A stretch of DNA of 32,000 nt from Planctopirus limnophila DSM 3776 (GTDB lineage Bacteria; Planctomycetota; Planctomycetia; Planctomycetales; Planctomycetaceae). The position numbers and the translations under genes were made by a program. Shown piece after piece: positions 16,415 to 22,300 of this stretch; positions within the stretch are counted from its first letter, which is position 1; the number at the start of each line of letters is the position of its first letter. The stretch lies in contig NC_014148.1 in NCBI RefSeq assembly GCF_000092105.1, forward strand, positions 810,001 to 842,000, given 5' to 3'. The notes beneath the pieces are model-generated. The model was not told the DNA's origin. It saw only the letters and a program-made list of their open reading frames with translations, and ran no database searches.

Positions 16415-17806
16415 TTAGGCCGCCTTACCTGTAAGTGACGATCGATCGTCGTTGTGTTTGATCTTGTCTGCTGTTGGCCCCACGAGAGCGAAGGAAAATG
16501 GATCCACATTTAGATCAAGGTGGGTGAAGATCATTTTTCGGGAGTATAATGCATAAAAAACAGTGATTGCCGAAACACTGACAGCCATTCCAGATGATCC
16601 CAGCAAACTACCGGAGATGAAGTTCGATATGATGGTTGCTAAGCCGAAGATGAAGGTTATTCTGAGTAATACTCCCTCTTTTCCGCTCATTGCGAACAAA
16701 ATGTTTCCAGTTCCGATGGATGCTACAAGTACCCATCCGAATGAGATTATCGAGGTTAGTAGGACCATTCTTGCATCGAATCGAGGTTCTGTTGAAGTAA
16801 TCAGGAGTGACGTGCTGACAGCTACAATGGCAGCAAAGATGGTGATAAGTAAGTTGATTCGTGCTGCTTTTGTAACTAATGATTGCTGCGGTTGGTGAAC
16901 TCCAGTCTCGTAAAGTCCGGTGAATTTGGCTGCTACTATGCTATCGATGATTGGAACGCCAAAAATGCATATCCCAGCAATTTTGGCAGCGAGACTGTAA
17001 TATGCGACTTCCTCAGCGGTGGCTACCATGCCAAGGATGATGACGTCTGACTGTCTTAGTGCTAATTGTGCAAGGCCTGTGATCAGTAATGGCCAACTGG
17101 CTTTCCACCATTCATTTTTATTCTCATTCACTAGATGAGCAATGTGGTGTGATTTCTCTTTTCGTGTATTTGCGCATCCAATGGTAAGCAGTGCCAATGA
17201 CGAGAGTGATCCTAGCAGGTAGCTTGCAAACGCTTCCGATATTGTTGAGCTGTTGTTGCCGCTGATGACAAATAAGGATAGCAGTGCGATTAGCGGCCTT
17301 ACGCAGTTTAAACCAAATGTTGAGAGTAAAACTTCGGCCTTGCCTCTTAGTTCTGCAAACAGAACGTTTATGCAAGTGTTTACTGGTATGAGGAGAGCCG
17401 TGAATGCGATTTCAAGGGTGTACTTTCCTTCGAATTGTAGGTTCCAGAGTCCTCCAAGTGTTAAAGTTAGAATGGAAAGGATTATCGACGCAAATAGTAT
17501 ACGGCGATACCCCCAGCTTATCAGGGCTGCAGAGGTGGCGTTACTTTTTGTTGAATCATATTTGGCTATAAACCTTGTCATTGTGAAGTCAATACCAAGG
17601 GCAGCGAGCCGAGCCATTATTAGAGACCACGCTAAGCAGATTACAAATACACCATATTCGTTTGGGCTCAGTTTGATTGCGAATAGGCCAAACATGGCTA
17701 ATTGAAGCGTGTAGCCCAAGCAGTGATTTAGGAATGCAATGAGGGATTCTGGTTTTACTTGGAGGAGTTGCCTGACAGAATTCAATGGCATGAGTCGTCC
17801 ATCCAC
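16415..17806 (-). CDS. Wzx-like oligosaccharide flippase (polysaccharide biosynthesis protein, MOP superfamily)
   Basis: 463 aa with about 12 or more hydrophobic helices. Its size and position are typical of Wzx. GTG start at 17806, alternative ATG 17791. The C-terminus is ...TGKAA. Confidence 0.65.
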   Translation of the reverse strand: MDGRLMPLNSVRQLLQVKPESLIAFLNHCLGYTLQLAMFGLFAIKLSPNEYGVFVICLAWSLIMARLAALGIDFTMTRFIAKYDSTKSNATSAALISWGYRRILFASIILSILTLTLGGLWNLQFEGKYTLEIAFTALLIPVNTCINVLFAELRGKAEVLLSTFGLNCVRPLIALLSLFVISGNNSSTISEAFASYLLGSLSSLALLTIGCANTRKEKSHHIAHLVNENKNEWWKASWPLLITGLAQLALRQSDVIILGMVATAEEVAYYSLAAKIAGICIFGVPIIDSIVAAKFTGLYETGVHQPQQSLVTKAARINLLITIFAAIVAVSTSLLITSTEPRFDARMVLLTSIISFGWVLVASIGTGNILFAMSGKEGVLLRITFIFGLATIISNFISGSLLGSSGMAVSVSAITVFYALYSRKMIFTHLDLNVDPFSFALVGPTADKIKHNDDRSSLTGKAA

Positions 17807-17864
17807 GAAAACTTCGCCAATTGAAGTAATCAGTGAGAGTTAACCGAGATCGCTCAGTGCGTGT

Positions 17865-19139
17865 TCATCGGCTTAAATTGTGGAACTTCAGATGTTCATC
17901 ATCACGAGGAACGCACTCACCACTCACGCGTAGTGTGCCGCCGGTGGGGAGGGTGCCTAGCCATTGGTGGCAGAGGGGGGCGCAGTGTAGGCCGGGGCGG
18001 GCTTCCATGCCGTATTCCTGTTCAAAAATGACTGCTAAATCGTGCGGCGAGAATCCTTCCGCCGTCACGCTCAAAATGTTCACGCTGGAACTCTCTGGCA
18101 AAATTAGCCGAATTCCCGGAAATGTGGAAAGAGCAATTTGCCAGCCTAAGCGTGAAAATTGCTCGCGCTCTTGAATTTCCTTCAATGATTGCCCGGCTAA
18201 CCAATCCAGGGCGGCGGAAAGTCCGGCGATGCCGGGAAGATTCTGATTGCCGGCCTCGAACCTGGCGGGCCCGGCGGTGGGTGGGGCGAGATCTTCGCTG
18301 GCGAGGCCTGTGCCGCCCAATCGCCAGGGGGAAATTTCTTCATCGAGGCCCGCTCGAATGTAAAGCAGGCCGGTTCCCAGAGGGCCCTTCAAGCCTTTGT
18401 GCCCCGCCATGGCAAGGATATCCACAGGCTGGGAGGACATATCCAGCGGGAGAATCCCGGCGGTTTGCGCGGCATCCACAAGATAGATAACGCCCGCTTC
18501 CCGGCAGATTGTGCCCAGGTCGTCGATGGGCTGAATGACGCCGGTGACGTTGCTGGCGTGGGTGGTGATGACGAGCCGGGTATGGGGCCTGAGTGCAGCG
18601 CGGAGATCGGCAGGTTCAATCCAGCCTTGCTGGTTAGGAGTGAGCAGGGTCTGGGTGATGCCGAGGGTTTGTTGGAGCCAGGCGAGGGGGCGGAGGACGG
18701 AATTGTGCTCGAGCAGAGTGGTGACGACGTGGTCGCCGGGCTTGAGCAAGCCGCGAATGGCGAGATTGAGACTATCGGTGCAGTTGAGGGTGAAGACGAA
18801 GCGATCGGGAGGGGCATTGAAGAACCGACCGACTTTGAGGCGGCACTGATCGATAATCGATTGGGCTTCGAGAGCAGAGCGGTAGGCGCCTCGGCCGGCG
18901 GGAGCTCCGCATTCGGTGAGGTACTTGAGCATGGCTTCGGCGACACCGGGGGCTTTGGGGAAGCTGGTGGCGGCGTTGTCGCAGTAAAGTCGGGGCATGG
19001 AGGAGTTTGGTGTTTGTTGGTTGATAGTTGATGGTTTGTGAAAGGCTTGTTTGAGGAATGGCTGAGGTTTGTTTGCCTGGGCATGCTTGCCCAGGGCTGC
19101 AAGCATGGCACGAGGTATTGATCCAATGCCGAACATCAA
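17865..19139 (-). CDS. Class V PLP-dependent aminotransferase fold enzyme (cysteine desulfurase / SufS-CsdA-like)
   Basis: LYCDNAATSFPK, PLP-lysine context LAMAGHKGLKGPLGTG and RPGLHCAPL. The probable true start is ATG 18998 (MPRLYCDNAATS). The ORF-track start at 19139 would place a palindromic element and a G-poor leader inside the CDS. Confidence 0.8.
   Translation of the reverse strand: MMFGIGSIPRAMLAALGKHAQANKPQPFLKQAFHKPSTINQQTPNSSMPRLYCDNAATSFPKAPGVAEAMLKYLTECGAPAGRGAYRSALEAQSIIDQCRLKVGRFFNAPPDRFVFTLNCTDSLNLAIRGLLKPGDHVVTTLLEHNSVLRPLAWLQQTLGITQTLLTPNQQGWIEPADLRAALRPHTRLVITTHASNVTGVIQPIDDLGTICREAGVIYLVDAAQTAGILPLDMSSQPVDILAMAGHKGLKGPLGTGLLYIRAGLDEEISPWRLGGTGLASEDLAPPTAGPARFEAGNQNLPGIAGLSAALDWLAGQSLKEIQEREQFSRLGWQIALSTFPGIRLILPESSSVNILSVTAEGFSPHDLAVIFEQEYGMEARPGLHCAPLCHQWLGTLPTGGTLRVSGECVPRDDEHLKFHNLSR
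19076..19111. repeat. Palindromic REP-like element, copy A
   Basis: cctgggcatgcttgcccagggctgcaagcatggcac. It is 29/36 identical to copy B at 28627-28662 (28/31 in the core). It contains two mutually exclusive hairpins. Confidence 0.6.
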
Positions 19140-19158
19140 ATGCCAAATACCATCCCTG

Positions 19159-19200
19159 TAAAATAGAAAACGCCGCAGTCACTGGCCAGTGACTGCGGCG
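19159..19200 (-). terminator. Intrinsic terminator of the secretin gene
   Basis: Perfect palindrome cgccgcagtcactgg/ccagtgactgcggcg (19171-19200), followed on the minus strand by TTTTCTATTTT (19160-19170). A second hairpin, cgaggat...atcctcg, lies at 19203-19225, just upstream on the transcript. Confidence 0.75.
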
Positions 19201-19331
19201 GGCGAGGATTTGCGACGGATCCTCGTCAGGTGGTGATTTTGATTTCCTGCGGCCTGGGCGACGTGGATCGGAGTTCTGGTCGATCAGGTCAGGAATCGAA
19301 TCGGGAGTACCTGGTTTTCACTTGTGCGGGG

Positions 19332-22300
19332 TTAGTCGATTTCGACGCCCAGCAGCTCTTCTTCTTCTTCCTGGATCACGATTCGAGGTGTCACCATGAG
19401 CATGAGACTCTCGGTTTCGCGACCCACACCGGAGTTCTTGAACAACCGGCTGACGTAAGGAATCTTGTTGAGGATGGGGACACCGGCCATGTTCCGTCCT
19501 TCGCGGAGTCGCTTCACGCCACCCAAGAGGACGGTACCACCATCGGGCACACTCACTGTGGTGAGCACAGTGACCTGCTCGACCACGGGGAGCTGAACGA
19601 CCTGGGCAGGCTGCTGAACCTGACCGTTCTGGTTGTTGCCGTTCTGGTTGTTACCGTTCTGGTTGACCTGGCCCATGGTGACACGGCTGGCCTGGTTGGC
19701 AATCGGGGCAGAGCCACCGAAGCCACCGATACCACCGAATCCAAACTGCTGCTGTTGCTGATTACCACCGGCCTGAACACCGCCAAAGGCCTGACCACCA
19801 CCAGCACCGCCTGCCTGGGCCTGGTTACCGGTGACACCACTGGCTGTCGAGAAGGTCTGAACATCGGTGATGCTGGTGAAGTTGGGGATGATGGTCAGGC
19901 GGACGTAGCGGCGGTCGGCAGAGATCACGGCGGTAACCGTCAAGCTCACACCTTCGGGGAACTGCTGAATCTGTGGCGTCTGGATAGCAGCACCGACACC
20001 GACTGTCGTGTTGTAACCAGTGACGAAGAAGCGGTTCACCGTATCGGAGACGGTGGCTGTCTGGCCGTTGAACAAGGTCAACTTGGGGGCAAACAGCAGG
20101 TTGCTGCGGCTATCGCCTTGAGCGGCCTGGATGAAGAAGAACGCTTCGAGGTCACTCAGGATGGCCAGACCGGTGGTAATACCGGCGGTGGGGTCAAATC
20201 CACCAAAGTCAGGCACACCGATATCGAACGATCCTTGACGGAAGGGGATATCCAGATCGGGTGTGAAGCTGTTCTGGCTGCCCAGACCAACAATTGTGCC
20301 ACCCTTCTGATAGCTGCTTCGCTGAGTCGTATTTCTCGTTGGTTGTGTTCCAAAGAGCCCGGCTCCCGCTTGACCAGCGGTGCCAGCGGTGCCAGCGGTA
20401 CCAGCGGTGCCGGCAGTCCCCGTAGTGCCTGTCGTGCCCGCAGTATTCGCTGATGAAGTTCCTTGTGTGGGCAACTGCACGGCACCGAATGGTGGCAATG
20501 GCAAGCCCTGGTTGTCGGTTTCCGGACCACCGACTGTCGAGTTGACGTTGAAGTCAAAATCGACACCGATGCGTTCGAAGAAGCTGTCGCTCACTGTCAC
20601 GAAGCGGACTTCGACTGTCACCTGAAGATCCTGCAACCGACGGAGCTGCTTGAGCAGATCGGTGATTTCTTCATGGACGGCCTGGGTCTGGCGGATGACG
20701 AGCGAGAGAGTGGTTTCAAATCTCTGAATCGATGCCGGTCCACCGACCTGTTCCCAACTATCGGGAGCGATGGTGCGGGTGATCAGTTCGATCAGTGTGT
20801 CGTAATCGGTGCTTTGAGTGGGCTGCTGAGGAGCACGTGGATTGCTACCGACCTGATTCAGGCCACCAGCGACGTTTGGTGCCACCTGAGCCATCGACTG
20901 GCCACCCATGCCGCCCATCCCGGCGGGGACAGACATCATGCTGCCGGCTGCCTGGTTGAGGCTGCCATTGCGAGGATCGACATTGTTCATGCCGACACCG
21001 ACACCTGTGGCGAAGTTGGGAATAGGGACCACGAGGTCGGCGACCGGGTAGGTTACGGCAATCATCTGCCCCTGCTGACGCAGACGGCTGGTGATTTTGA
21101 GGACGTCGTCCTGGATCATGTAAGCGAGGTTAAAGCGTTCGAGAATCAGGTTCAGCACGCTCTTCAGAGGAATGCCATCAACATCGATGCTGACGAGAGC
21201 GTCGGTCGTGGCTCCTTCTTCTTCCACACCACGAGGATCGATCACAATGTTGATATCCGTCATGGCGGAGATCTTCTTGATGACTTCACCCAGGGGGACG
21301 TTGTCTTCGTGCAGGGAGACAGCCCGGTTCAGGCTTTCCTGGATCTTGAGTTCGGCATCGGTTCGCTTGCGGTTATCGGTCCCGAATTTCGAACGACGAG
21401 CTGACAGATCCTTCCAGTTTTCTGGATAGGCCACTGGGTTTTCATCGCCCACGTTCACGAGCATGGCCTGCTCGACATCGTTGAACATCTTCCAGTGAGA
21501 TTCGTCTTTACGATCTTTGAGCTGAGCGTTGATCTCGTTGCGGCGAGCATAGCGAGACTTGTAGATCAAAGTTTCGGAAGTAGGTTCACTGGGGTTGAGT
21601 TCTTTAGCCTTCTTGGCAACGACTTCGGCTTCGGCGAATCGCTTCTGCTTGAAGAGTTCGTTGAATTCTTCGACCAGCTTGGCATATTCCTGCTCGATGC
21701 GGATCTTGGTTTCGGTCGAACCCTTGATGCGAGCGAGCACTTCTTCGTTGTGACGCTTCTGATCAAGGTTTGGCTTACGCTGCTCAATTTCGTTGGTGAG
21801 CGAAACGCGAGTCTTGCCCAGAGAAGACTGTAGTTGAGCCATCGATTCTGGAGAAAGCTCGGAGCTTTCGATGGTGGCCAACTGGCGATCAATCATCTGG
21901 AGGGCAGTTTCGGGATCTTTTTCGCGAAGCTGCTCAGCCTTGAAGATGGTGCTCAAAGTTTCTGTGCGTAGACGATCAAACTGGAGCGACTTGGCCTTGG
22001 CGGCGTCATCAATCACGCCACCTTCGGTCAAAGCTGGGCCACTTTCGGTCTGATGGTTCACCATCTGAACATCTCGGCCACCCTTAGGTGCGAGTTCCCG
22101 CATGTAATCCCGCAATCGCTGAGCGCGGAAGCGATCGAGCTTCTGGCCAGATTCGTAAGCCTGGCTGAAAGCCTGGTAGGCTGCTTCGCGATTGCCGCGA
22201 TTGAGTTCGAACATGCCACGGTTATAGAGATCGATTGCAGAAAGTCCCTGAGCAGCAGCAATCGGGGCTGGTGCCTGAGGATCATCTTCCCAGGGGGAAG

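Noticed and set aside
18389-19126. A 245-aa Pro/Ser/Thr-rich minus-strand ORF overlapping the class-V PLP enzyme gene in another frame.
   Set aside because: It is an alternative frame of a well-supported CDS. Its composition is typical of an off-frame reading of GC-rich coding sequence.
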